NCBI GenBank assembly: GCA_964016885.1
Contig: OZ024743.1
Span: 81,654,001 to 81,718,000, forward strand
Reading direction: 5' to 3'
DNA from: Eledone cirrhosa
Lineage: Eukaryota
Length of the DNA stretch: 64,000 bases
This document shows positions 1-15,382 of this stretch, in pieces; the first letter of the stretch is position 1; the number at the start of each line of letters is the position of its first letter. A program made the translations under genes and the position numbers. The notes beneath the pieces were generated by a model that worked only from the letters and a program-made list of their open reading frames with translations, had not been told where the DNA came from and ran no database searches.

Positions 1-3000
1 TGTACAAGGCAGAGTCAATGGCCGATACAGTGCCACTGATGTTGTACAAGGCAGAGTCAATGGCCGATACAGTGCCACTGATGTTGTACAAGGCAGAGTC
101 AATGGCCGATACAGTGCCACTGATGTTGTATAAGGCAGAGTCAATGGCCGATACAGTGCCACTGATGTTGTACAAGGCAGAGACAATGGCCGATACAGTG
201 CTTCTGATGTTGTACAAGGCAGAGTCAATGGCCGATACAGTGCCACTGATGTTGTACAAGGCAGAGTCAATGGCCGATACAGTGCCACTGATGTTGTACA
301 AGTCAGAGTCAATGGCCGATACAGTGCCACTGATGTTGTATAAGGCAGAGTCAATGTCCGATACAGTGCCACTGATGTTGTACAATGCAGAGTCAATGGC
401 CGATACAGTGCCACTGATGTTGTACAAGGCAGAGTGATTGGCCGATACAGTGCCACTGATGTTGTACAATGCAGAGTCAATGGCCGATACAGTGCCACTG
501 ATGTTGTACAATGCAGAGTCAATGGCCGATACAGTGCCACTGATGTTGTACAAGGCAGAGTGATTGGCCGATACAGTGCCACTGATGTTGTACAATGCAG
601 AGTCAATGGCCGATACAGTGCCTCTGATGTTGTACAAGGCAGAGTCAATGGCCGACACAGTGCTACCGATGTTGTATAAGGCAGAGTCAATGGCCGATAC
701 AGTGCCACTGATGTTGTACAAGGCAGAGTCAATGGCCGATACAGTGCTACCGATGTTGTATAAGGCAGAGTCAATGGCCGATACAGTGCTACCGATGTTG
801 TATAAGGCAGAGTCAATGGCCGATACAGTGCTACCGATGTTGTACAAGGCAGAGTCAATGGCCGACACAGTGCCACTGATGTTGTACAAGGCAGAGTCAA
901 TGGCCGATACAGTGCCACTGATGTTGTACAAGGCAGAGTCAATGGCCGATACAGTGCTACCGATGTTGTATAAGGCAGAGTCAATGGCCGATACAGTGCT
1001 ACCGATGTTGTATAAGGCAGAGTCAATGGCCGATACAGTGCCACTGATGTTGTACAAGGCAGAGTCAATGGCCGACACAGTGCTACCGATGTTGTATAAG
1101 GCAGAGTCAATGGCCGATACAGTGCCTCTGATGTTGTACAAGGCAGAGTCAATGGCCGATACTGTGCCACTGATGTTATACAAGGCAGAGTCAATGGCCG
1201 ATACAGTGCCTCTGATGTTGTACAAGGCAGAGTCAATGGCCGATACAGTGCTACTGGTGCAGTACAAGGCAGAGTCAATGGCCGATACAGTGCTACTGAT
1301 GTTGTACAAGGCAGAGTCAATGGCCGATACAGTGCCACTGATGTTGTACAAGGCAGAGTCAATGGCCGATACAGTGCCTCTGATGCAGTACGAGGCAGAA
1401 TCAATGGCCGATACAGTGCCTCTGATGCAGTACAAGGCAGAGTCAATGGCCGATACAGCGCCTCTGATGTTGTACAAGGCAGAGTCAATGACCGATACAG
1501 TGCCTCTGATGTTGTACAAGGCAGAGTCAATGGCCGATAGTGTGCTACTGATGTTGTACAAGGCAGGGTCAATGGCCGATACAGTGCCTCTGATGTTGTA
1601 CAAGGCAGAGTCAATGGCCGATACAATGCCTCTGATGTTGTACAAGGCAGAGTCAATGGCCGATACAGTGCCTCTGATGTTGTACAAGGCAGAGTCAATG
1701 GCCGATACAGTACCACTGATGTTGTACAAGGCAGGGTCAATGGCCGATACAGTGCCACTGATGTTGTACAAGGCAGGGTCAATGGCCGATACAATGCCTC
1801 TGATGTTGTACAAGGCAGAGTCAATGGCCGATACAGTGCCACTGATGTTGTATAAGGCAGAGTCAATGGCCGATACAGTGCCTCTGATGTTGTACAAGGC
1901 AGAGTCAATGGCCGATACAGTGCCACTGATGTTGTACAAGGCAGAGTCAATGGCCGATACAGTGCTACTGGTGTTGTACAAGGCAGAGTCAATGGCCGAT
2001 ACAATGCCTCTGATGTTGTACAAGGCAGAGTCAATGGCCGATACAATGCCTCTGATGTTGTACAAGGCAGAGTCAATGGCCGATACAGTGCTATGGATGT
2101 TGTACAAGGCAGAGTCAATGGCCGATACAGTGCCTCTGATGTTGTACAAGGCAGAGTCAATGGCCGATACAATGCTACTGATGTTGTACAAGGCAGAGTC
2201 AATGGCCGATACAGTGCTATGGATGTTGTACAAGGCAGAGTCAATGGCCGATACAGTGCCACTGATGTTGTACAAGGCAGAGTCAATGGCCGACACAGTG
2301 CTACCGATGTTGTATAAGGCAGAGTCAATGGCCGATACAGTGCCTCTGATGTTGTACAAGGCAGAGTCAATGGCCGATACAGTGCCTCTGATGTTGTACA
2401 AGGCAGAGTCAATGGCCGATACAGTGCCTCTGATGTTGTACAAGGCAGAGTCAATGGCCGATACAGTGCCTCTGATGTTGTACAAGGCAGGGTCAATGGC
2501 CGATACAATGCTACTGATGTTGTACAAGGCAGAGTCAATGGCCGATACAGTGCCTCTGATGTTGTACAGGGCAGAGTCAATGGCCGATACAGTGCCTCTG
2601 ATGTTGTATAAGGCAGAGTCAATGGCCGATACAGTGCCTCTGATGTTGTACAAGGCAGAGTCAATGGTCGATACAGTGCCTCTGATGTTGTACAGGGCAG
2701 AGTCAATGGCCGATACAGTGCCTCTGATGTTGTATAAGGCAGAGTCAATGGCCGATACAGTGCCTCTGATGTTGTATAAGGCAGAGTCAATGGCCGATAC
2801 AGTGCCACTGATGTTGAACAAGGCAGAGTCAATGGCCGATACAGTGCCTCTGATGTTGTACAAGGCAGAGTCAATGGCCGATACAGTGCCACTGATGTTG
2901 TATAAGGCAGAGTCAATGGCCGATACAGTGCCTCTGATGTTGTATAAGGCAGAGTCAATGGCCGATACAGTGCCACTGATGTTGTACAAGGCAGAGTCAA

Positions 3001-6000
3001 TGGCCGATACAGTGCCACTGATGTTGTATAAGGCAGAGTCAATGGCCGATACAGTGCCACTGATGTTGTATAAGGCAGAGTCAATGGCCGATACAGTGCC
3101 TCTGATGTTGTACAAGGCAGAGTCAATGGCCGATACAGTGCCACTGATGTTGTACAAGGCAGAATCAATGGCCGATACAGTGCCACTGATGTTGTACAAG
3201 GCAGAGTCAATGGCCGATACAGTGCCACTGATGTTGTATAAGGCAGAGTCAATGGCCGATACAGTGCCACTGATGTTGTATAAGGCAGAGTCAATAGCCG
3301 ATACAGTGCCTCTGATGTTGTATAAGGCAGAGTCAATGGCCGATACAGTGCCTCTGATGTTGAACAAGGCAGAGTCAATGGCCGATACAGTGCCTCTGAT
3401 GTTGTACAAGGCAGAGTCAATGGCCGATACAGTGCCACTGATGTTGTATAAGGCAGAGTCAATGGCCGATACAGTGCCTCTGATGTTGTACAAGGCAGAG
3501 TCAATGGCCGATACAGTGCCACTGATGTTGTATAAGGCAGAGTCAATGGCCGATACAGTGCCACTGATGTTGTACAAGGCAGAGTCAATGGCCGATACAG
3601 TGCCACTGATGTTGTATAAGGCAGAGTCAATGTCCGATACAGTGCCACTGATGTTGTACAAGGCAGAGTCAATGGCCGATACAGTGCCACTGATGTTGTA
3701 TAAGGCAGAGTCAATGGCCGATACAGTGCCTCTGATGTTGTATAAGGCAGAGTCAATGGCCGATACAGTGCCTCTGATGTTGAACAAGGCAGAGTCAATG
3801 GCCGATACAGTGCCTCTGATGTTGTACAAGGCAGAGTCAATGGCCGATACAGTGCCATGGATGTTGTACAAGGCAGAGTCAATGGCCGATACAGTGCCAC
3901 TGATGTTGAACAAGGCAGAGTCAATGGCCGATACAGTGCCACTGATGTTGTACAAGGCAGAGTCAATGGCCGATACAGTGCCTCTGATGTTGTATAAGGC
4001 AGAGTCAATGGCCGATACAGTGCCTCTGATGTTGTATAAGGCAGAGTCAATGGTCGATACAGTGCCTCTGATGTTGTATAAGGCAGAGTCAATGGCCGAT
4101 ACAGTGCCACTGATGTTGTACAAGGCAGAGTCAATGGCCGATACAGTGCCTCTGATGTTGTATAAGGCAGAGTCAATGGCCGATACAGTGCCTCTGATGT
4201 TGTATAAGGCAGAGTCAATGGCCGATACAGTGCCTCTGATGTTGTATAAGGCAGAGTCAATGGCCGATACAGTGCCTCTGATGTTGTATAAGGCAGAGTC
4301 AATGGCCGATACAGTGCCACTGATGTTGAACAAGGCAGAGTCAATGGCCGATACAGTGCCACTGATGTTGTACAAGGCAGAGTCAATGGCCGATACAGTG
4401 CCTCTGATGTTGTATAAGGCAGAGTCAATGGCCGATACAGTGCCTCTGATGTTGTATAAGGCAGAGTCAATGGTCGATACAGTGCCACTGATGTTGTATA
4501 AGGCAGAGTCAATGGCCGATACAGTGCCACTGATGTTGTACAAGTCAGAGTCAATGGTCGATACAGTGCCACTGATGTTGTATAAGGCAGAGTCAATGGC
4601 CGATACAGTGCCTCTGATGTTGTACAAGGCAGAGTCAATGGCCAATACAGTGCTATGGATGTTGTATAAGGCAGAGTCAATGGCCAATACAGTGCTACTG
4701 ATGTTGTATAAGGCAGAGTCAATGGCCGATACAGTGCCACTGATGTTGTACAAGGCAGATTCCATTGCTGATACAGTGCTACTGATGTTGTACAAGCCAG
4801 AGTCAATGGCCGATACAGTGCTATGGATGTTGTACAAGGCAGAGTCAATGGCCGATACAGTGCCTCTGATGTTTTACAAGGCAGAGTCAATGGCCGATAC
4901 AGTGCCACTGATGTTGTATAAGGCAGAGTCATTGGCCGATACAGTGCCTCTGATGTTTTACAAGGCAGAGTCAATGGCCGATACAGTGCCTCTGATGTTG
5001 TACAAGGCAGAGTCAATGGCCGATACAGTGCCTCTGATGTTGTACAAGTCAGAGTCAATGGCCGATACAGTGCCTCTGATGTTGTACAAGGCAGAGTCAA
5101 TGGCCGATACAGTGCCTCTGATGTTTTACAAGGCAGAGTCAATGGCCGATACAGTGCCACTGATGTTGTATAAGGCAGAGTCAATGGCCGATACAGTGCC
5201 TCTGATGTTGTACAAGGCAGAGTCAATGGCCGATACAGTGCTATGGATGTTGTACAAGGCAGAGTCAATGGCCGATACAGTGCCTCTGATGTTGTACAAG
5301 GCAGAGTCAATGGCCGATACAGTGCCACTGATGTTGTATAAGGCAGAGTCAATGGCCGATACAGTGCCTCTGATGTTGTACAAGGCAGGGTCAATGGCCG
5401 ATACAGTGCCTCTGATGTTGTACAAGGCAGGGTCAATGGCCGATACAGTGCCTCTGATGTTGTACAAGGCAGAGTCAATGGCCGATACAGTGCCACTGAT
5501 GTTGTACAAGGCAGATTCCATTGCTGATACAGTGCTACTGATGTTGTACAAGCCAGAGTCAATGGCCGATACAGTGCCTCTGATGTTGTATAAGGCAGAG
5601 TCAATGCCCGATACAGTGCTATGGATGTTGTATAAGGCAGAGTCAATGCCCGATACAGTGCTATGGATGTTGTACAAGGCAGAGTCAATGGCCGATACAG
5701 TGCCTCTGATGTTGTATAAGGCAGAGTCAATGGCCGATACAGTACCACTGATGTTGTATAAGGCAGAGTCAATGCCCGATACAGTGCTATGGATGTTGTA
5801 CAAGGCAGAGTCAATGGCCGATACAGTGCCTCTGATGTTTTACAAGGCAGAGTCAATGGCCGATACAGTGCCTCTGATGTTGTACAAGGCAAAGTCAATG
5901 ACCGATACAGTGCCTCTGATGTTGTACAAGGCAGAGTCAATGGCCGATACAGTGCCTCTGATGTTGTACAAGGCAAAGTCAATGGCCGATACAGTGCCTC

Positions 6001-7169
6001 TGATGTTGTACAAGGCAGAGTCAATGGCCGATACAGTGCCTCTGATGTTGTACAAGGCAAAGTCAATGGCCGATACAGTGCCTCTGATGTTGTACAAGGC
6101 AAAGTCAATGGCCGATACAGTGCCTCTGATGTTGTACAAGGCAAAGTCAATGGCCGATACAGTGCTATGGATGTTGTACAAGGCAGAGTCAATGGCCGAT
6201 ACAGTGCCACTGATGTTGTATAAGGCAGAGTCAATGGCCGATACAGTGCCACTGATGTTGTACAAGGCAGAGTCAATGGCCGATACAGTGCCTCTGATGT
6301 TGTACAAGGCAGAGTCAATGGCCGATACAGTGCCTCTGATGTTGTACAATGCAGAGTCAATGGCCGATACAGTGCCACTGATGTTGTACAAGGCAGAGTC
6401 AATGGCCGATACAGTGCCACTGATGTTGTACAAGGCAGAGTCAATGGCCGATACAGTGCCACTGATGTTGTACAAGGCAGAGTCAATGGCCGATACAGTG
6501 CCTATGATGTTGTACAAGGCAGAGTCAATGGCCGATACAGTGCCTCTGATGTTTTACAAGGCAGAGTCAATGGCCGATACAGTGCCTCTGATGTTGTACA
6601 AGGCAGAGTCAATGGCCGATACAGTGCCTCTGATGTTGTACAAGGCAAAGTCAATGGCCGATACAGTGCCACTGATGTTGTACAAGGCAGATTCAATGGC
6701 CGATACAGTGCCACTGATGTTATACAAGGCAGAGTCAATGGCCGATACAGTGCCACTGATGTTGTACAAGCCAGAGTCAATGGCCGATACAGTGCCACTG
6801 ATGTTGTACAAGGCAGGGTCAATGGCCGATACAGTGCCTCTGATGTTGTACAAGGCAGGGTCAATGGCCGATACAGTGCCTCTGATGTTGTATAAGGCAG
6901 AGTCAATGGCCGATACAGTGCTACTGATGTTGTACAAGGCAGAGTCAATGGCCGATACAGTGCTACTGATGTTGTACAAGGCAGAGTCAATGGCCGATAG
7001 TGTGCTACTGATGTTGTACAAGGCAGGGTCAATGGCCGATACAGTGCCTCTGATGCTGTACAAGGCAGAGTCAATGGCCGATAGTGTGCTACTGATGTTG
7101 TACAAGTCAGAGTCAATGGCCGATAGTGTGCTACTGATGTTGTACAAGGCAGAGTCAATGGCCGATACA
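1..7169. repeat. 42-bp tandem satellite, ~170 copies, runs off the window start
   Basis: Unit TGTACAAGGCAGAGTCAATGGCCGATACAGTGCC(A/T)CTGATGT repeated with point variants and no visible indels. Confidence 0.99.
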
Positions 7170-7325
7170 ACGTGGCACCAGCGAAGTTGCAACTCATTTC
7201 TTCAGTTGAGTAAACTGGAGAAACCTGAAATAAAGTGTCTTGCGCAAGGACACAACGTATCACCCGGTACGAGATTCGAACTCAACCTCTCAATTGCAAG
7301 CCCAATGTTGTAACTACTAAGCCAC
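7170..7325 (-). mobile_element. tRNA-derived SINE head plus CORE-like domain, fused to the satellite
   Basis: Minus strand has A-box-like TGGCTTAGTAG, B-box GTTCGAATC and GTGTCCTTGCGCAAGACACTTTATTTC; homologous to 17630-17877 and 53046-53233. Confidence 0.85.
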
Positions 7326-7531
7326 TGGTATGCATGGTTGACTGTTGGTCTTCTACAAAGAACCTTGCCCGGACATGTGCCTGGAGGGGAACTTTCTACG
7401 TGCAAATCTCGTGGTCATTTGTCGTCAGAGGGTGCCTTACTTTTTATATATTCAGAATAGAATTAACTGAAACTGCCTAACTGTGTATATAAATTCAAGC
7501 ATTTTCTGCATATAGATATGTAAAAATGCTA

Positions 7532-7569
<38 letters not shown>

Positions 7570-8040
7570 ATCAATGACACCGTGACATCAACCGACATAT
7601 CGGTGAACTAAGATATTTCGTGATACAATGCTATCTATACAAACACAACAATACAATAATAGAAAACAATAGAACATTACTCAGCACATCGTAGCACAGC
7701 ACAATATTGTACAATACAGGAGAATACACCTCAATATAACACAATACACTATATTATACAACACAGTGTAGAATATGACACAATACAACACACTATAATA
7801 CCATACAATACAACGATTCTTTAATATTATCTAGCATAACACTTTGATAAAATAAATTATATACAACAATATTATTTTGTAGAAACACACCCACACACAT
7901 ACTATAACACACGTACTATAACACACATACTATAACACACATACTATAACTCACGCACACACACACACACATGCACACATGCATACATAAACACGCACAC
8001 AGACACACACACACATACATACATACATACATACATACAT

Positions 8041-8075
<35 letters not shown>

Positions 8076-8353
8076 TTAACACACCTGCCTACACTAATAC
8101 ATACAACACATCACAAACACACACCATCATGCTACTCGATGTTGCACACATTTATATTTTGTAAACACACACACATACACACAGAGTAATATATAGAAAC
8201 ACACATTCAAACAGGAACTTACAGTAATACATACACAACAAACAAACACTTACATGTATAAACACAATATAAGTTCGACATATTTCTTCCATCAAGCTCA
8301 GACCTGGTCACACATTGATACACGTAAACATACACACACAGACACATTATATA

Positions 8354-8436
<83 letters not shown>

Positions 8437-8801
8437 TAAGCTCACACATTTTTTTCATCAATATCAGAGCAAAGAAGAACGCCATATATTTTAACATTAT
8501 ATAGAGCGAGATATTTTTCAATAAAAACAACCTTCTTCAAAAGACTCTACTACATTTAGTATTTCAATATAAGAGAATGATTTATATTTATGGCCGACAT
8601 TTTTCTAATTTAAACAGAATTACCCCCACTTAAATACTATTTTACTCCACCACCGACATCAGCGACATCAACATAAACAACAACCGCAACAACAACAGCA
8701 ACATCGCCGCCATCTTTGTTATACGACACTAACGCCAGAGTTGCTCAGATTCTCTTCCGGATTATCATTCTGCTTCTCTGTATTCCTTGGTATTACCCCC
8801 A

Positions 8802-8936
<135 letters not shown>

Positions 8937-9384
8937 TTCGTATATAAATATATATATATATTATATATTGTATATATATATATATGTATATATATCTATC
9001 TATATATATATATATTATGTATATGCAGATATATATATATATATGTATATATATGTATGTGTGTGTGTATGTATATATATATATTAATATATATGTGTAT
9101 ATATAGGTGTGTATGTGAGTTTGTGTGCGTGTGTGTGTGTGTGTGTGAGTGTGTGATATGTGTATACATACATATATATATATATACGTATACATATATA
9201 TGTATATATATATATATATATACATATGTGTGTGTGTGTGTATGTATGTATGAATGTATGTTATGGTGGTATATTCTACAATAATGTTCCTTTACTTACT
9301 ACACTACATCATCATCATCACCAACCTAACTCCGTCTTCTTTTCATCTTTTTTCTCTGTAGTTTTGATGTACATGTTTTGTATA

Positions 9385-10240
9385 TGTCTATGTATGTAAC
9401 CGTATGTGTGTGTGTGTGTGTCTGTGTATGTATGTATGTAACCGTATGTGTGTGTGTGTGTCTGTGTATGTATGTAACCGTATGTGTGTGTGTGTGTCTG
9501 TGTATGTATGTATGTAACCGGGTGCGTGTGTGTGTCTGTGTATGTATGTATGTAACCGGATGTGTATGTGTGTCTGTGTATGTATGTATGTAACCGTATG
9601 TGTGTGTGTGTCTGTGTATGTATGTATGTAACCGTATGTGTGTGTGTGTCTGTGTATGTATGTATGTAACCGTATGTGTGTGTGTGTCTGTGTATGTATG
9701 TATGTAACCGTATGTGTGTGTGAGTCTGTGTATGTATGTATGTAACCGGGTGTGTGTGTGTGTCTGTGTATGCATGTATGTAACCGTATGTGTGTGTGAG
9801 TGCCTGTGAATGTATGTATGTAACCGTATGTGTGTGTGTGTCTGTGTATGTATGTATGTAACAGGGTGCGTGTGTGTGTCTGTGTATGTATGTATGTAAC
9901 CGGATGTGTGTGTGTGTCTGTGTATGTATGTAACCGTATGTGTATGTGTGTCTGTGTATGTATGTAACCGGGTGTCTGTGTGTGTCCGTGAATGTATGTA
10001 TGTAACCGTATGTGTGTGTGTGTGTGTGTATGTGTATGCATGTATGTAACCGGATGTGTGTGTGTGTCTGTGAATGTATGTATGTAACCGTATGTGTGTC
10101 TGTGTATGTATGTATGTAACCGTATGTGTGTGTGTGTGTGTCTGTGTATATATGTATGTAACCGTATGTGTATGTGTGTCTGTGTATGTATGTATGTGAC
10201 CGTATGTGTGTCTGTGTATGTATGTATGTAATCGTATGTG
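9385..10240. repeat. Compound minisatellite, ~30-bp variable unit
   Basis: (GTAT)n-GTAACCG-(TG)n-TCTGT repeated more than 25 times. Confidence 0.95.
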
Positions 10241-10416
10241 TGTGTGTGTGTATGTGTGTACATACGTATGTGAGTGTGTCTGCGTGTGTGTAAGTGTATG
10301 TTTATATATTTTATTCTTATTTATGTTACATATTTGAATATATATCTGTGTGTATCTATGTGTATCTGTGTGTATGTGTGTGTTTATTTTAATGCGAGTC
10401 AACAGGGAAGAAACTT

Positions 10417-10489
<73 letters not shown>

Positions 10490-10788
10490 GAAAACATATA
10501 TCAATGTATTTGTGTATATGAATATATTTGTGTGTCGGTGTGTATGTATACATACACACAAACATATATATATATATATATATGTGTATATATATATATA
10601 TATATATACACCTGAGTATGTATTAGTGTACTCCTTTGCATATGCATATATTAATATATATGAGTGTTTGCATGTATAACAGAGTGTCTGCATGTATGGC
10701 TGTATATATGTCATTGTCCTTCCTTTCTTGTCTTAATGAATGTGCCATTACGAGCGCCTCTGAACTTAGTTATATATAATAGTCTATT

Positions 10789-10879
<91 letters not shown>

Positions 10880-11469
10880 CATTCATATACATATATATAT
10901 GCGTGTATGTGTATATGTATATATAAATATGTTGTATATGAGTACACGTGTCATTGCAAGCCAGAATAATGTGCCTTCTTCTCACAATATATTAACGTTG
11001 TTTGCGTTATTGCTTCTCATTCCGTAATACGATGCCGCCATTTTAAAAAGCAGCCACTCTACTATCGATCACCCGGCTGCCATTTTCAAAGATACGTTTG
11101 ATTAACGAGGACGTTACACAGATATCGATCTACGACTACAAAGATTCTCGTAAAGAAAAAATAAGTCAACAACAAAGCAATTAAGTAATAACAACAACGA
11201 CCAGAACAACAATAACTACTAACGGTGTTGTTGTTGATGATGGTGATGGTGGTGAGTAATGATGGCGGTAGTGTTAGTGGCGTGGTGATAGTGGTGGTGG
11301 TTATGTTGATGGTGGTGGTGATGATTGTGGTAGTAATTACGGCGATGATGATGACGACGATGACGACTGCTGACGTTGCAGCAACAAATAGGTGTCTGTT
11401 ATATCGTAATCTCACGCGGGATTTCAAACGGCATTACGTTAAAATATTTGTATTTTCAGATAATTTTAT

Positions 11470-12875
11470 ATGTATGATGCATACAGACATGTATGATGCA
11501 TACACACATGTATGATGCATACACACATGTACGATGCATACACACATGTATGATGCATACCCACATGTTTGATGCATACATACATGTGTGATGCATACCC
11601 ACATGTATGATGCATACATACATGTATGATGCATACACACATGTATGATGCATACACACATGTATGATGCATACACACATGTATGATGCATACACACATG
11701 TATGATGCATACACACATGTATGATGCATACACACATGTATGATGCATACCCACATGTATGTGCATACATACTTGTATGATGCATACCCACATGTATGTG
11801 CATACATACTTGTATGATGCATACACACATGTATGATGCATACATACATGTATGATGCATAAACACATGTATGATGCATACACACATGTATGATGCATAA
11901 ACACATGTATGATGCATACACACATGTATGATGCATACACACATGTATGATGCATACACACATGTATGATGCATACACACATGTATGATGCATACACACA
12001 TGTATGATGCATACACACATGTATGATGCATACACACATGTACGATGCATACACACATGTACGATGCATACACACATGTACGATGCATACACACATGTAT
12101 GATGCATACACACATGTACGATGCATACACACATGTATGATGCATACACACATGTATGATGCATACACACATGTATGATGCATACCCACATGTATGATGC
12201 ATACATACATGTATGATGCATACACACATGTATGATGCATACACACATGTACGATGCATACACACATGTATGATGCATACACACATGTATGGTGCATACA
12301 CACATGCACGATGCATACACACATGTATGGTGCATACACACATGTATGATGCATACACACATGTATGGTGCATACACACATGTATGATGCATACCCACAT
12401 GTATGATGCATACATACATGTATGATGCATACACACATGTATGATGCATACACACATGTACGATGCATACACACATGTATGATACATACACACATGTATG
12501 ATGCATACACACATGTACGATGCATACACACATGTATGATGCATACACACATGTATGGTGCATACACACATGTATGATGCATACCCACATGTATGATGCA
12601 TACATACATGTATGATGCATAAACACATGTATGATGCATACACACATGTATGATGCATAAACACATGTATGATGCATACATACATGTATGATGCATACAT
12701 ACATGTATGATGCATAAAAACATGTATGATGCATACACACATGTATTATGCATACACACATGTATGAAGCATACACACATGTACGATGCATACACACATG
12801 TATGATGCATAAACACATGTATGATGCATACATACATGTATGATGCATACACACATGTATGTGCATACATATACA
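11470..12875. repeat. 19-bp tandem minisatellite, ~70 copies
   Basis: Unit GTATGATGCATACACACAT; 19-aa periodicity in the three minus-strand ORFs. Confidence 0.98.
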
Positions 12876-13005
12876 TAGGTACACAGAAGCCCCCTCAAGG
12901 AGATACAATTATATATGTGGTGTAGGTAGATGAACTTGTATTAATATACATACGTCTTTATTATGAACACACACCTCCCCCCTCTCTCTCTCTCTCTCTC
13001 TCACG

Positions 13006-13080
<75 letters not shown>

Positions 13081-13086
<6 letters not shown>

Positions 13087-13758
13087 ATCAAAAGATGGTT
13101 AAAAGAGTTCCATGTATTTTATTATGCGCATTTCAAAAACAAATATCATCATGCAATAACATTTGTGTTTTCATCAGATAAAATAGGAAGACATGATATG
13201 AAGGTTAAAAAACACTTGTGAATAGTGCAGTTTTAAATCAACATATGAAAAGTAGTTTTAGATTGATGTGTGATATTGGGAAAAAAAAATTTGAGGCGGG
13301 TGTGAAAAGGATGTAAAAGAGGAGGAGATGAGAATTTAAAAGTGGAGGGGGAGGAGTATAATGAGGAAGGATGAGATAGGAGGAGAGATGGGTGATAGAG
13401 AGAGAGAGATAGCTTTCATAACTGAGAAAAATATATTGTTTTACATAGAGAGGTTGAAAAACCGTTGGAAGATAATATATAAATTAAAAGAATTTGAAAA
13501 TTAACGAATAGAAAAATAATGTTAAGTTAAGGCTTGTATATTGAAAGGTTTAATAATCTGTGTGATGGAAAGAAATGTTGATATGTAATATTAAAAAAAC
13601 AATAGTAATGCGCAATTGAAATGCGCATAATAAAATACATGGAACTCTTTTAACCATCTTTTGATCTTATACATTATGTATACTCCAGTCCTACAAACTG
13701 TAGAGTGCTTCTTATCCGATATCTGCATTGCTTTATTGTACTACAATAAAACTCACCT

Positions 13759-13760
<2 letters not shown>
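13081..13760 (+). mobile_element. Fold-back PLE stub in (TA)n (same family as 31071-31391)
   Basis: Inverted arms 13081-13136 and 13616-13671, tail 13672-13760, hammerhead in the long arm, (TA)n on both sides. Confidence 0.8.
13117..13183 (-). ncRNA. Type I hammerhead ribozyme
   Basis: ttttat-CTGATGA-long stem II-GAAA-tgcgca-TA-ataaaa. Confidence 0.8.
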
Positions 13761-13821
<61 letters not shown>

Positions 13822-15382
13822 AAAGTTATATTTACAATTGTTGGGTTACAACTAGTAAATATTTATAACTGATATAAAAGCACTCGACAAATATTTGGAG
13901 TATATTTACAATGTTAAATAAATGGAAACTATATTTATAAAACCATATTTATTTAATTATATATATTTCGGGGATATCATATTAACAATATGCTATGCCT
14001 TCCTCAGACAAAATACAATATAAACAGTTTTATAGATAAATAGATTCGACATACCGTTATAACACCGACTTGCATTTGAAGAGGTTAAGCTGGCAGTGAA
14101 AAAATTTTACACAGAGAGAAAGAAAGAGAGAAAAAAGAAAGAAAGACAGAAAACGAAGAAAAGGAAGAGAGAGAAGAAATGCATGGAACAAAATATAGAG
14201 ATGGAAAAATAGATAAAGCGAAGAACTTCATGTAAAGAAACAGAAAGAGATATATATATATAGAGAGAGAGGAAATAGAGATAGATACATATATATATAG
14301 AAAATTAGGTAGTGGGAGGTCATTTTGAGTAAATGTATCAATGATACATTTATTTATTTATTTATTTATTTAGCTCTAGTATTAATGTAAAGGAGATATA
14401 TATATAGAGAGAGAAAAAATAGCGAGAGAAAAAATTTAAAAATAGCCAGATATATTCGAGGCGAAAAAACCCTATGTCTTAATGTATTAGAATTCATAAA
14501 ACTTCCATTACACTGTAAATATCAGTATTCCTGAATGAGACAAGTATCCATAGTGTGTGAAAATTAATTATCTTATGTTTAGTTTTTTAAAAAAATTCAT
14601 ATGTTTATGTTATAGCTACAAACATCCATGTGAATCCACATTATCAACTCTGCAAACTCTAAGTTCACGGAAAACATTCTCAATGTGGTATAAAAATTTG
14701 AGTATACATATATGTGTATTATTATTCTTGTCTTTACTCTACAAGATTATCTATCAAGCAGAAATAGAGAGCAGATTTCAATATACTAATAAAAATATAT
14801 ATCAGAAACAAAACTAAAGATAAAAAGATAACAATAATAATAATAAGTAATAATAAAATAGAAAACTAAAAAAAATATTACGAAAGAATATTACATATTA
14901 AAAATATTACATACTAAAAAATATTACGTATTAAAGAATATTACGTATTAAACAATTTACATATTAAAGATATTAAAAATAAAAATAAAAAATATTATAA
15001 AATACTACAATAATAAAAAATAAAAATAAACCACAAAGATCAACCCTTCAAAATTAATTGACAATATATTGCCAAGTTCATTATAAGACAAAGCCAAAAA
15101 TTATCTATCAAATCACATCTAGCAAAGATCATTTCAAAAAGTTTATGATGTCCAATTTTGTCTACATGTGTTCTTATATTTAATATAGAAGTTTATCTAG
15201 TGTAAGGTTTATTCAAAATATTTGGAGCATCAGCTTTTAGGGTAGCTTAATTTTTCATGAGGAATGTTTAAATAAAAATAAAAATAAACAATAAAAAAAG
15301 AATAAAAAGAAGGAATCAAAAATTTAGGAATCCAAAATTTATCGGCTAGTTTCCCATATAAATATAAATCAAACTAAATATA

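Noticed and set aside
1-7169. CRISPR-like array
   Set aside because: Units are contiguous with no unique spacers, there are no cas genes, and the context is eukaryotic.
564-7313. 2249-aa ORF of MADTVPLMLYKAES repeats
   Set aside because: It is the translation of a stop-free 42-bp satellite; other frames are also open, many variants are non-synonymous, and it ends in antisense SINE sequence.
11434-12908. Cys/His/Met-rich 430-480 aa ORFs
   Set aside because: All three frames of a 19-bp minisatellite.
13081-13671. Classifying the fold-back inserts as Tc1/mariner MITEs
   Set aside because: Arms are asymmetric and of variable length, a one-sided tail lies outside the IR, they contain hammerheads, and one family is contiguous with a PLE ORF.
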